The notes beneath the pieces are model-generated. The model was not told the origin of the DNA. It worked only from the letters and a program-made list of their open reading frames with translations, and did no database searches. A stretch of DNA of 63,736 nt, filler included, from Phoronis australis (Eukaryota > Animalia > Phoronida), in assembly GCA_002633005.1 (NCBI GenBank). It is 10 parts of 10 records of this genome, joined end to end, with 100 filler letters (N's around TTAATTAATTAA, not from the genome) between each part and the next. Parts side by side here need not be neighbours in the genome. Positions count along the whole stretch, not along the records: positions 3,566 to 35,489 come from NMRA01001212.1; 9 more parts are not named here. One strand, given 5' to 3'. Below are positions 11,111 to 23,093 of the stretch, in pieces. Made by a program: the position numbers and the translations under genes. How positions within the stretch are numbered: position 1 is the first letter of the stretch; each line of letters starts with the position of its first letter.

Positions 11111-12393
11111 TTGAAAAAGACAGCTCTTCGGAGGCTTTCCTCAGAACTCCTCAGTATCGCGCTCAATCTGGTAAAAACATCAACGGCGCATACGTTCTTC
11201 GACCCATTACATAACAGAAAAAGTACGGGTTTTTATTTTTTGGCTTGTTTCTTAGCAACAGAATAACTAAAGACTATTAGATCGCTTAAACTGAATTAAT
11301 AAAATTCTTTTTTGAGACACCGGGGTCATGTTGGGAACTCTTTGAGAAACATTGGGGAAGATAATGATGCGTGGATAAAATGCACAGCTTTGACCATCAT
11401 CCGTGGACTCTCTAACAATAGCTACCGACGGACAAGTGTATCTGATGTTTCCAGTATCACGCTATTGTGCATTCAATGCAAAGTTTGTCATGTACGATAG
11501 AAAGTTTTCTACTAGGCCGAAATCCTTTGATTTTTGAAATTTATCGGGAAATATGATCGGTTTATGACCGGTATTGTTTTTGTTTAAGCTTTTCAAACAC
11601 AATTTTAAGCTTACAAGCAATCAAAACTAACCGTGAATTAATACCCAGCAATTCCTGGAAGGAGTGCAAGTCCACCCCTCTCTCTACCGGAGTAAGCTCC
11701 AGATTTCTGGAAATGCTCGCAGGACACTCCAGTGTTCGAGTTCGCTTCCAAATTTCATTTCAGGGAAGACATTCTTTCAACGTGCTTCGGTTCCTAGACT
11801 TTTCTTTCATAACATCACACGACACTTGCGTCGGCCTTGTCGCATCCCGGGGAAATCGACAGACCAGGTTAACCCAAAACCGGTTACACGGATCGACCTC
11901 GGAGAGCTTGTGAAATCACCAAGCCGAGTAGCACCATATTGTTAAAATATAAATGCCTGCAAGAGTCACTGTGTATCTTGTTAACGGATGTGCGGTTTGA
12001 GCCTTTCCCGGTGTTTATTCGTTCTGCGCTACTTGGTCGGGCCGCATACACAACCTGAGTTAACAAGGTCTGCTTGATTACAAGGGCTACGACAAACGTT
12101 TACACTGTCCAGCAAACAACTGACGAGGCCGCCTCCTCGGTTTCAGTTAACTTTGACGACTTTCGTGAGAAGCTGGCAATAAAGTCACAAATACAACAGA
12201 TTTTGTTATTTTATACCTAAAGTAATATTTTCACGAAATAAATCCAACCCAAAGTAAACTCTAAACTAAATGTGTCCCTTTATCAAATCTTATATAAGAT
12301 ACTGGACATTTTCATTCATTTTGACGTGAACAAAATGTGATGCACGCCAATTTAATGTCCTCCAGCTGTAGTTCAAGTGTTACATTTCTGCAG

Positions 12394-12513
12394 ATTATTG
12401 CGCTCGAATGCACCGACCCCAGAGATCCCGTTGATGGCGTAGTGCGACTAGTTGGTGGTGTCAATTCCTCCGAAGGTGTCGTTGAGGTCTTCTTCAGGCA
12501 AAAATGGGGAACG
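12394..12513 (+). CDS. SRCR/CUB receptor exon (end of SRCR2, start of SRCR3)
   Basis: IIALECTDPRDPVDGVVRLVGGVNSSEGVVEVFFRQKWGT|gtgag; classic VRLVGG...EGxVEV...WGT. Confidence 0.92.
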
Positions 12514-13006
12514 GTGAGCACATGTACATGTACACTGTACGCAGTCTGCCCTCAACACCATTTAGTTAAACACAAGTTCGAATTTGGCAAATGGATTTCA
12601 ACAAATTCGCGATCAAATGTAATGTGGAACTGATCAGAATGCAAGCATGTGCCATTACTTCACTGAGTGCTTACATGAATTGGTGGACGGCAACTCGAGA
12701 AGTTACGTTTTCTTTCAAAAAAGCCCAAATGAGAATTCAAGTAAATGAAAGTTAATAATGCGAGCTGGTGTCTTCACTGTATAGGAGGCGGAGGAGTTTA
12801 ACTGCGTAAGTAAATCATCTAATATGAAACGTGGAAATGGCAATACGGGGGTTTCTGTTTGGAAAAGGGGGGGCGACCACAAAAATATTCTCGAGGCTTG
12901 ACTCGAATATTGGTCAGTAGTGCTACGCGATGTGATTGGCAAGTATTCGAATGGGGTCTCTAGTAAAGCTTCTCCAAGGTAAAAATTATTATCTTATTTG
13001 CTGCAG

Positions 13007-13159
13007 ATATGTCGTCATGGGTGGGATGATGTCAGTACCAACGTCGTGTGTTCTGCTTTAAATTTTGGGCCCGCTAAGACAACATTTCTAAATGCCGCTC
13101 GGTTGGCTAACGTTCATCGACGTTTGGGAAGACATAACAGTGTAATTTGGCTTAGTGGG
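13007..13159 (+). CDS. SRCR/CUB receptor exon (SRCR3)
   Basis: ICRHGWDDVSTNVVCSALNFG...VIWLSG|gtatgt; phase 0/0. Confidence 0.9.
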
Positions 13160-13779
13160 GTATGTACAATTCAATTGATCGGTAATTGTTATAGTTCGTG
13201 GGTTATACATGTAGGCTACGTTTATAAAACCACTTATTTGACCACTTTCAAGGGGGCAGTTCATTTACCTTTTTGATAACATAAGCATTTGTATTTCCTA
13301 ACAGTAAAAAGTTCCCATGTGTACATGCAAACTTGGGACATTTCCATTGAAGTGGATTTTTAATTTTGGCTAATTTTGTAATAATTATGGAAAACAATAT
13401 TAGATGTCCGTAAAGTGTGATGCTGCTAACAATATTCCCATAAGTTGCATCTAGCCATAAAACACGCATACACAGTATATTTCAATGCAAACATAAGCCA
13501 TAGGCAATTCTCAGATTTTTTTATCGTCGCCTGGTGATGAAATTTGGAACTACAATTACGAACATTTAATTGTTGTTGAAGATGTAAAGGAAATACATTA
13601 TCAATTTGACAACGGCACCAATTTTATCATTTTACAACACCTTTACAAAGCTGCCATCGGTATAATTGGAAAACAAATGCTATTCCAAAAAAACCGTTAA
13701 ACCTACCCCATAAAGTGACAAAGGATGTTCCATGCTTTCTTGATTAAAAAGGAACTGTGTTTTGTTCTAAACAAATTTC

Positions 13780-14147
13780 GGATAGTTTTTCTATGAGTTG
13801 TTGATTAATTTCATAAATAATAAAATAATAAAAACAGTAAACTTATATTCTCTAACGAAGCTCAAAAATAATTTCTCGCCTGGAGCGCTGCTTCTCATGA
13901 CGAATAGGCGAGGGCAAAGTCAGTGTCCTGTGTTAGGGTGCAGTCATGTGGTGTTTTTCATATTGTCGGTATAAGAAATTTTAGAGTGAAATATAGGGTC
14001 ACCAGGGATACCTGTTTGAGCCTAGGTAACACAAAGTGATACCCAGTCGTCGTCATTGTCGGACGAAAGTTTGCCGGTGCAACCAGTCCATATCACTAAT
14101 TTGCATTGGTGTGACTGTGCCGTGGGCAATGTGGACTCTAGCTAGCT

Positions 14148-14180
<33 letters not shown>

Positions 14181-14700
14181 ATACTCAGCTCTGTAAACTT
14201 GAAGGTTGGTTAGTTACTTGCCGACTATAGCTGTACGAAGACTATCGTACCGTTGTGTGCTGAGCTCCGTCGATCTTTCCCGCAGCCGTTGACCATCCGG
14301 GTATAGTTGACTTATGCTGGTCACCTCGTCCTAAAACTTAGGCTACATCAACATGTAAAGCTAACGGACCGGCGGGGATGCATGCAAAATCTGGCCGGTA
14401 GTCAACCGACACTCACCTTGCTCGTTGCAGCCGTTTAAGTGGAAAACAATCAAATGAACGTCATTTTGTAGCATAATTTGCCGGCTTTTGCAACAAAGAA
14501 GTGTGTCGCCCGTTTCAAAAACAGCACGCTCGTGACACGGCGCACGTGCCATTTCCTAAAAATTTGTGACGTCTTTGGGAGATGATAACGGCTTCGCAGC
14601 ACCAAGGTTTGTTCTAAAATCCGGTTTGCTGGTACAAAAATAGTAAATATTGTAACGCAATAAAACAAGTTCCGATAATTTTTTGTGACATGTACGCAAA
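13780..14700 (-). repeat. Dispersed transposon-like repeat; related copies at ~53500-53850 (+) and ~57947-58480 (+)
   Basis: Reverse complement of 14000-14270 aligns with 57960-58215, and of 14400-14560 with 53569-53720. Contains (GCCA)n at ~14148-14180. Confidence 0.75.
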
Positions 14701-15677
14701 ATAGGTGTCAGCGGCGAAGAACACTTGATAAGAGAATCAGGGGGAAAGGAAACTGGTAAGGGTCAGGTGACATAAGTGCTAAAAGCCGACTCAAGAGAAC
14801 GCATCACAATTTTAGCAGCAGCCGATTAACGATCGCTAACTTTTCCAACATCAGTAAATACTGAATTAGTATACTCTAGGAACCTGGTTTCTAGGTTTAC
14901 TCAAAGACGAGATTAGTTTTAATGACACTAATTTTGAGTCAGCTTTTATTTGGCAATTTTTACCCATATCGGCGCAAACCTGTATGCCAATAATTAGTAC
15001 ATAATTTGGGCCAAGCCTTGGGTATCCCTACGATGGTATGCGATGACCATAGCTTTGGAAGGTACCTTTTTCGAAGAGTTTGAACAACCAGGTGCCATAC
15101 AAAAAGGCATAGCGAAACTTTTACATCACTGTGGCAAACAATAAAAAATAAGGACGATTGATACAATCATGATAAATTACGATGTTAACTCTTCAAAATA
15201 CGACGTAAGCAATGAATGGGAAAAGCATCTGATACCCCGACATTCACGTCACTGACACATCAGACAAATCAGCGATCGCTTTCAGGATTCAGTGTTTTGA
15301 CCATGAATACAAATCGGCTTTTGTTTGGCGCTTAAATCGGGCAAATGTGAGTTTTATCTGTATGTTGGAATCGATTAACTGCAACATTATTTTGACTAAA
15401 GTCCCCTTTTAATACCGTCTAAACAATTCACATTTCTCGAATCCAATACGGAAACTTGGTAAACCCTGACAATTTTTAATTTAATGTAATTAAAGGAATC
15501 CAAATCCTAAAATTTCAAGATAAAAATCAATCTCACGGTTTTATCAAAGGAACTAAATTTTTTTGATTTTGATCGTATAACACAAACATCCTAAATTTCT
15601 GGAATGCAGGAATGCAATTTTGAGTTGTCTGTTTTAAAGGAAATTGTATTTTTGATAAAAACGACAAGCAATTTCAA

Positions 15678-15720
15678 CTTCAACATGTTTCGATGTCTCA
15701 AAAATCATCATCAGGACAAA
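15678..15720 (-). ncRNA. Minimal hammerhead ribozyme-like motif (Penelope-type)
   Basis: Minus strand GTC-CTGATGA-T-GAT...ATC-GAAAC-AT-GTT: catalytic core, stem II and palindromic stem III. Stem I is imperfect. Confidence 0.5.
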
Positions 15721-16761
15721 CAACCAGGGCCATCTAACAACCTTAACCAACACAGTGTTGAGTAGAGCTATCAGCACGCATCACAGCAACAAAACATTAA
15801 AGACAATTCATAAGACCAGTGACAGCCAGTATTTTTAGGAAAAAATCGATTATAATGCCAACACTAAATGAAAAAAAATATCGTCCTTGCAGCTCTAGCC
15901 TCTTTCTTCTTTCCAACTGCTGCTCAGACGACCCTCCCCTCAATGATACCCTTATTTTCCTTCTCCGCCATGTCTTCTCGGCTCGTTGTCTCCCGAAACC
16001 GGTGTTCCATAAGCTTTATGTTCTCTTAACCAGTTAAATCAATTGCTGTGCAACTTCTTAGAATACAGGTACATCAGGTGGGTGTCCCTATCTGCCCAGA
16101 AAACGACACTGTTCGAGTGGTGGTTTGAAATGAAATGACCAACCAAGAGGCTCTCATCTAAGAACAGGGGAACGAAAATTGAAGCACGTTATGACTGGGA
16201 CAGAGCTTTCTAGCATTAAACATGTGGGCCTGACCCTCTGTGTCCCCAGTGGCTGTGTTAGCATTATTGGTCACCGATGAAAAACAATTCCATCTTGTTT
16301 TTGTTTGTGATATATTTTGATTTCTAGATAAGGAGATGGATTCATAACAACATCTGGTGATAGTGAACTTTCACGGCTGTTTTTTTTGTCATTGAGCACA
16401 ACATCTCGAGCCTGTTTCAATAATGTGTTTAGGACATATTGATGGTAGGTGTGGCAGTTAAAAACAATTTTGTCCGATATCTGAAAACGGTTTAGTTGAA
16501 ATTCTGAGTATCGGAAAACCTCATTGAAATTCGTAATGAAATCCTGTCTAAATTCAATATTAGATCCCAAATGAAAAAGATCCTAAAATTACGACTTTGA
16601 TGTGGAGCAAGCAGCTTACTTGAATTCTTGTAGATTTGTGGATAAATTTCTTCGAAAATGAAGTTGCTTTGAAATGAAATTCTGAAGTATCGACGTCCGT
16701 TTCTTCACTATTTTAACTATAATGGACCACCTGTCACTTTGACGAAGAGGTGTTCAATTCT

Positions 16762-16907
16762 CAGGGGTGGATCCAGGATTTTGAGTTAGGAGGGCAGGGT
16801 AGAGTAATAGCCATGATTTTTCCCGTCAGACATTCGTACTCCCGCACTGCCAAATGCAATGTGGGAGAATTTTATGTCGGAACATGCCCCCCCCGAATCC
16901 GCCACTG
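16762..16907 (+). mobile_element. ~150-bp hAT-like MITE; inverted copy at 33339-33489
   Basis: CAGGGGTGGATCCAGG...GAATCCGCCACTG termini. Internal sequence matches the reverse complement of 33339-33489. Confidence 0.7.
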
Positions 16908-16979
16908 GTTTTTAACTACTGAATTCAAATGTCCATTCAAATAATACAACTGTTCCATCACCTGTGCTTAAAATGTCTT

Positions 16980-19677
16980 TTCAAAGGATACTAATTCCTG
17001 TTTTGATGATTTTAGTCAATCTTCGTTCTGTCACCTGCTAATGTATCATTGGGGTCAATCTTCTAAGTAGTCCGTTCCCTTAGCAGCCAAAAACCCCAAA
17101 ACATTTACACCCCGGATTAAAGCACCAAAGTTGGTACACAGATACTTTGGGACACGCTGAATCTCATGAGGGTCGGTTGCCCGAAATTTGGGGTCAAGGT
17201 CAAATCAAGGTCAAAGGTCACGTAGGTATTTTTTTTTGAAATTGTCTTGACACAAAGTATCTGTTTCATTGCTGTTTCAGGTGATAAGCAGGATACTTTA
17301 TTTTGATTTCAAATTAATGTTGATAACTTCTAAAAAACAAGTTAAAAGCATAAAAGTAATTTTCCTGACACTTAAGATGGTAATTATCATAATTAATAGA
17401 GCATATATATTTTCAATGGAAATTAAGTCTATTTGTTTTCTCTAACTGAGAAAAACTGTAAAACTAGTATGAATATGCATTAAGTCAACTCTAGAATGTT
17501 TAACCTTTTACAGAACTTCATTTTTAAATGTCTTTGTCAAAATATTTATAATTAATTATGTAACAAATCGTCTCTGTAATTAAAGGAAATCGGACATTTT
17601 TCTAAATTTTCAAAGAACAATTGCTGAAATTTTTATCATCATTTTTAATTTGATCATAGCTAAAGGTTAATTTGTTAATTAATGTGTTTATATTTTAGTT
17701 TGAACTTGATGGTGACATAAGTTAAACCAATTAAGGTAANNNNNNNNNNNNNNNNNNNNNNNNNNNNNNNNNNNNNNNNNNNNNNNNNNNNNNNNNNNNN
17801 NNNNNNNNNNNNNNNNNNNNNNNNNNNNNNNNNNNNNNNNNNNNNNNNNNNNNNNNNNNNNNNNNNNNNNNNNNNNNNNNNNNNNNNNNNNNNNNNNNNN
17901 NNNNNNNNNNNNNNNNNNNNNNNNNNNNNNNNNNNNNNNNNNNNNNNNNNNNNNNNNNNNNNNNNNNNNNNNNNNNNNNNNNNNNNNNNNNNNNNNNNNN
18001 NNNNNNNNNNNNNNNNNNNNNNNNNNNNNNNNNNNNNNNNNNNNNNNNNNNNNNNNNNNNNNNNNNNNNNNNNNNNNNNNNNNNNNNNNNNNNNNNNNNN
18101 NNNNNNNNNNNNNNNNNNNNNNNNNNNNNNNNNNNNNNNNNNNNNNNNNNNNNNNNNNNNNNNNNNNNNNNNNNNNNNNNNNNNNNNNNNNNNNNNNNNN
18201 NNNNNNNNNNNNNNNNNNNNNNNNNNNNNNNNNNNNNNNNNNNNNNNNNNNNNNNNNNNNNNNNNNNNNNNNNNNNNNNNNNNNNNNNNNNNNNNNNNNN
18301 NNNNNNNNNNNNNNNNNNNNNNNNNNNNNNNNNNNNNNNNNNNNNNNNNNNNNNNNNNNNNNNNNNNNNNNNNNNNNNNNNNNNNNNNNNNNNNNNNNNN
18401 NNNNNNNNNNNNNNNNNNNNNNNNNNNNNNNTCTGATAAAGCAAGTTAACAAATGCTTGTATCAAGCTGGCAGTCGGATGCCCATCCACGGGAAACCAAG
18501 TCCATAGAGGTTTGCATGGCAGAGTGACAAGGGACAACAATGGACACCTTACTGGATAGACATGCCTGAAATCTCCAAAGCCGGCCAGCAGCTCATGGTT
18601 GCAAGAGCATACCACCATGGGGCAAGAGATATAAATTAAAAGCAATTCCTTAGCATGCACAACACTTAGCAAATACCGGGGAACATGTCAGTAACATCAT
18701 GGTTTGTTATGGACCAAAGGAACAGATGATAATGTTAATTGAATTCTGTGGTCTGCAATGGCAATTTGAGATTAATCTGTTTTATTGTGTTGATATTATA
18801 AGCAGATGACAATCGGATTATATGTAGACAGGAGCTAGAAGAAGCATACTAACGACATTTTTGAAAGCTGGTCTCTGAGTTTTTGGTAGTCTGTCAAGTT
18901 CTATGAATATAAATTGGTCTCTTTATCATAACATCAACTAAATTTTCATAATAATTGTACAAATTATTGATAAATCTAATAAATTTTGGTAATAAATCCT
19001 ATTTGTTGTTGTATTATTAGTCTTGCATCAGATCAAAATAAATGATTTTGTTAAAATTGCAGTTGGTTGGTTAAATTTTGGCGGCCATATTGGAATTATG
19101 CAAATGAGGAGTCTTAATATTATGAGAAAAAGATATTGCGATGTCATTATGATAGATTTCTAGTTAATAAAGTACTGTTACCTAGCCTTAAAATGTGTGA
19201 TCATCCCTCAAGCAACCATAGATTGTGTTACTGAGCGGCCATTTTGTTTTTTGAGATTAGACCTTGACCTTGACCTCAAAATTTGGGCAACCGACCCCCA
19301 TGAGATTCAGCATGTCAAAAAGTACTAGTGTGCCAAATTTGGTGCTTTAATCCGACGTGTAAATGTTTTCGGGTTAAGGGCCTGGACTAAAGCTAAAAAC
19401 CGGAATCAACTAAAAACTCATGCTCCTGACATTTGTGTCACAGATCGGATGTCATGGTTTTGGTGGGTGGTCTTTTCCCATAGTTGACGTGTAATTCGGT
19501 AAAAGCGTAGGTCACGCTTGCACATTAAGTAGACTCTGAAAGTAGTTTTAAATTTTTCCTCTAAATTTTTATGGTTTGTCGAGGGTTATAGAGCATCGTT
19601 TTGTTTCAGAGAAATGGATGGGACAGTCGTTTTTGATATACGTTACCTGTTCAAAACCAGGTTTGGAACTCTTTTAA
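16980..19677. mobile_element. TTAA-flanked (Kolobok-like) MITE split by the Academ insertion; uninterrupted copy at 39302-39653
   Basis: 16980-17067 plus 19393-19677 align contiguously with 39302-39653. Confidence 0.7.
17068..19389 (+). mobile_element. Academ (AcademX-like) DNA transposon, degenerate, with internal sequence gap
   Basis: ~130-150-bp TIRs beginning TAGTCC and a 3-bp TSD AAG (17065-17067/19390-19392). 18432-18695 encodes a decayed YQAG...PSP...W-x-P-x-W...PE...GCK...CTTL C-terminal Cys-rich region as in Academ proteins. Confidence 0.75.
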
Positions 19678-19812
19678 CGGTTAACAAGTTTTCCAAAGAC
19701 TGCAGCCAGCATAGGATACCATCAATTCTTAAAACTATAGCCTGCTGATTTGAACTTTCCATTGGAAAATCATTGAAAGATCGACATTGATAAAATTCAG
19801 TTATCATTGCAG

Positions 19813-19918
19813 GTGTCTTGCCATTCCAACACTACGTCGTTGAGAAGTTGTAGCCATCATGGTGTAGGCGTGAACACCAGCTGCCTCCCAAAAGACCACG
19901 TCGCTATTGCTTGTACAG
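19813..19918 (+). CDS. SRCR/CUB receptor exon (end of SRCR3)
   Basis: VSCHSNTTSLRSCSHHGVGVNTSCLPKDHVAIACT; phase 0/1. Confidence 0.88.
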
Positions 19919-20275
19919 GTTACGCTTTGTTTCGAGAACAATATTTTGACTAAGATAATTTACTTACTTGTGTGACAGTTTCGGAGCTTTACCACTGACC
20001 TATAGGTGTCACTCTTTAGGATTTTTCTTACTTGTGAGGCTGATAATCACCCTCATGCGTTTTCATAATTTTCCCGATTTCAGTTTTGAAATGTTTGGTC
20101 AAACATCGGCCTATTAAATACGTGAACCTATGCGGTCCAAAGGGTACATACAACGGTACAAGACCGCACGCGATATCCTCACTGACTTGTGGTGGAACAG
20201 TTCTTTGTTTGGTACGTGACATTAGTTTTTGGTTATCACAACTCAGTTACCGTTAAGCTATCGACTTATTTTCAG

Positions 20276-20491
20276 ATTTCAGTGCACCGGATCTCTTTCT
20301 GAATGAACACAAGGAACTTTTAATAAACTACCACGGCGAAAACAGGCAGGTTTCTACGATAAGATTTACTCCAGAAACGTTGGACGTTTTGTGCAGAGAG
20401 TTGGGATTCCTTAGATATCACTACGACGTAGCTACTTCTCGCGGTCGACTTCCATCAAACGGCACGATGGGATCTTTGGCTACATGCAGAG
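20276..20491 (+). CDS. SRCR/CUB receptor exon (divergent SRCR4)
   Basis: Open 216-bp exon DFSAPDLFL...LDVLCRELGF...ATCR; phase 1/1. Confidence 0.78.
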
Positions 20492-20629
20492 GTGTTTGCC
20501 GTTCTTTTCTGATTGCACTTAAGATGACAAGTAATTAGTTTCTAAGGGACAAAACATTAATTAATTTTGTTTTGCAATTAAAACCCAAAACCCGGTTTCC
20601 CAAACGAATAAATATATAAAAATAATTGC

Positions 20630-20832
20630 ACTAGACGTGCGCAGGCCGCGCATGTGGGCCTATTGTACTGATCAACTGGAGCCATCCTTATGCTTTATTA
20701 ATTTATAGTTAAAATCGGGCTAAGGAACTAGAAACCTGACTTCAGGGTTTAGCAGTGTGACCTAGTGGGATTCGAATCCACCACCTTGCTAAAGATAGCG
20801 GGCAGTGATCACTCTAGGGCACACTGCCTCCT
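20630..20832 (-). mobile_element. tRNA-derived SINE; second copy ~56355-56515 (+)
   Basis: Minus strand has an A-box-like start and a B box GGATTCGAATCC. Its body TTTAACTATA.ATTAATAAAGCATAA..ATGG...CCCAC.TGCGG is shared with 56420-56500. Confidence 0.6.
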
Positions 20833-21054
20833 CAACCATGCAGTACGATATTAGTCAGACCTAAAAGCTTTGAAGTAGGTGTGAAATACTAAATACACTT
20901 TCGACACAATGGCGAAATTGTTGTATTACTAGACAATAATCGTGTTATGATGTAAGACAAAATCTACTTGAGGCGAAATTTCCCAAAATATGGATTAGTA
21001 TTCTTTTCAAGTTTCTTCTTTTCATTGAAAAATACATTATGTGGTTGTAACCAG

Positions 21055-21204
21055 GAAATGAAACCTCGTTGAGCGATTGTGCAGACCACTCTTGGTTTGA
21101 GGAGCCATGGATGTTGACTCGAAGCACACTAAACCAAGTTTATCGCTTAGGACACAAGCCAGTCACATGCACCAACTCGCCGCGCCTCCTAAATATTACA
21201 GGCG
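21055..21204 (+). CDS. SRCR/CUB receptor exon (end of SRCR4)
   Basis: GNETSLSDCADHSWFEE...KPVTCTNSPRLLNITG|gtgag; phase 1/1. Confidence 0.82.
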
Positions 21205-21798
21205 GTGAGCTAATTGTTGTAAGACTTTAATCTGTGTGTGCAATTGTAACGGTAACGCGGTGCACTAAATATAACGAAAACAAGTACCGGAAACAGAAAA
21301 CGGATTTCTCGTCTGCTCTCACAACATGCAGGATCATGCGTCGTGAAACTACAAAATGGAAACTGGCCAAAGTTTTGTATTGCTAACTAAAGCCGCTGTT
21401 AACCTGCTTTCCATTACAAAACATTTTTTTCGATTTAGACTACCTACCACTATGAAATTGACATAAACATTTCACTTTAATTAAACCGGATATGATTCCA
21501 GGGCTCCGAAAGAACTGAAAGTTCCTTCTTTTTGAAATCATGCTCTATAAGTTGGTTTGTCACGGCGTATCATTTTAATCGCCGAGCGCGGTCTGAACGA
21601 GTAACAAACTGTCAACTCTTTGTAAGCCCAGACGTCTCTTCTCATAAGAGTTAGGCACAGGTTGAAACCAATTTTAAGCAGTAAGTCTATATCTTAAGTC
21701 TCTTCGTGGACAGATTGTGGGTTTATAGCCATTTTAAGATCGCTATCAAAAGGGAAGGTACTTTTTCACCAGATTCTCTGTTCGATTTCTATTTCTAG

Positions 21799-21969
21799 AT
21801 GGATCTAGCTTGACATTCCACTCTGATTTCCAAAGAATAATTCCACCATTACGTCACCCAATCCCACTGAACTTTCGCAACATCAGGATGAATATAACCT
21901 TTGATTTCTCGAGAAAAACGCTACCAAACAGATCTGGTGCTTTCAAAATAATATTTAGTGGGACCACAG
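21799..21969 (+). CDS. SRCR/CUB receptor exon (CUB-like C-terminal half)
   Basis: Open and phase 1/1; MNITFDFS...SGAFKIIFSG resembles a CUB C-terminus. Confidence 0.6.
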
Positions 21970-22887
21970 GTCACCATAACTGACTGTATGCAATACTCAT
22001 TCCATTTGTGGACAGTAAATTAAGTTAAAAGTAACATTTAGGAACCTTTTATTTTGGAAATAGTAAACATGAGGTTTAGGAATACATTACATGAGCGAAC
22101 GGGTTAGCTCGAGTCCCAACAGAAGGTACTTAGGTTAGAAACATGCGCGTGTGGGTTCCGAGTGTTTAGTGACGTCACTCGTCATTTCTTGTAAATATGA
22201 CAGGTCCATTTTCTAATAGTCTGACAGGTGCAGGGTACATGACCATGTACCCTGTAATTTGTTATATAGCTACAATGTAACAGCATTTCAGTGATTTAAC
22301 GAGTATATTCCTTGCAGCAAACGTTAAAACTTAAAAGAATCGAGAATATTTTCCGAATTCAGCCAATTACATTGTGGAAAAAGACGACAGTACATGTATA
22401 AATGGCTATATTGAACACCTTAATCCCTTATCTCTTTCAAAGCATCTGGCAGTAGGCACACCTGGGCCCCAAGTTGCCACTTCTTTCAAACCCCGGTCGC
22501 CAACAATTTCTAGATTCCACAGCCTCCCTTTCATACTTCTGTCTACATCAGTGGCGTTATTGTTGCATTAGAGTGAGTTTTCATGTAGTTTAATTCTTGA
22601 GACACCCGTTTTACGTAAGGCCGAGTGTCGAAAATTTTGATATGATTTTGATTAGCGTCACATAAATCGGGTCATGAAGTACAGCAACTTGAGACTTTTT
22701 GATTTTTTATGTTGGAAATTTAGTCCACCTGTGCTATCTTTGCTTAATGGAAACTGCTTCCGACCTACTTCTCATTTCTTTGAAGTTAGTGCAATATTTG
22801 TCCTGCCAGAGCAGCGCTCAATGAAGTCTTAAAATAGAACTTTTTTTTGCTTGATTTCCATCTGCGTTTTCGATTCGTTTTTTAAAG

Positions 22888-23037
22888 GATGCAATGCTAG
22901 TAATTCACATCACACACTGTTTGAGACTCGTGGACTGTTTTGGTCACCCCTGTATCCTAATGGTTATACAGAGTGGTCGAGCTGCGCCTGGAATATAACA
23001 GCGAAAACAAATTACGAAATCGTCATTAAATTTACAG
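22888..23037 (+). CDS. SRCR/CUB receptor exon (CUB N-terminal half)
   Basis: GCNAS...GLFWSPLYPNGYTEWSSCAWNITAKTNYEIVIKFT matches the CUB G-x-x-x-SP-x-YP-x-x-Y...C-x-W-x-I motif. Confidence 0.9.
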
Positions 23038-23093
23038 GTAACGAAAGTACACAGAATTTAGCTGTGCAAGTATTATTTGTATTAAGACACCAG

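Noticed and set aside
17688-18672. Long ORFs of 254 and 313 aa
   Set aside because: They consist mostly of N-gap.
20755-20832. tRNA gene
   Set aside because: It has a B box but no complete cloverleaf and continues into a repeated body, so it is better explained as a SINE head.
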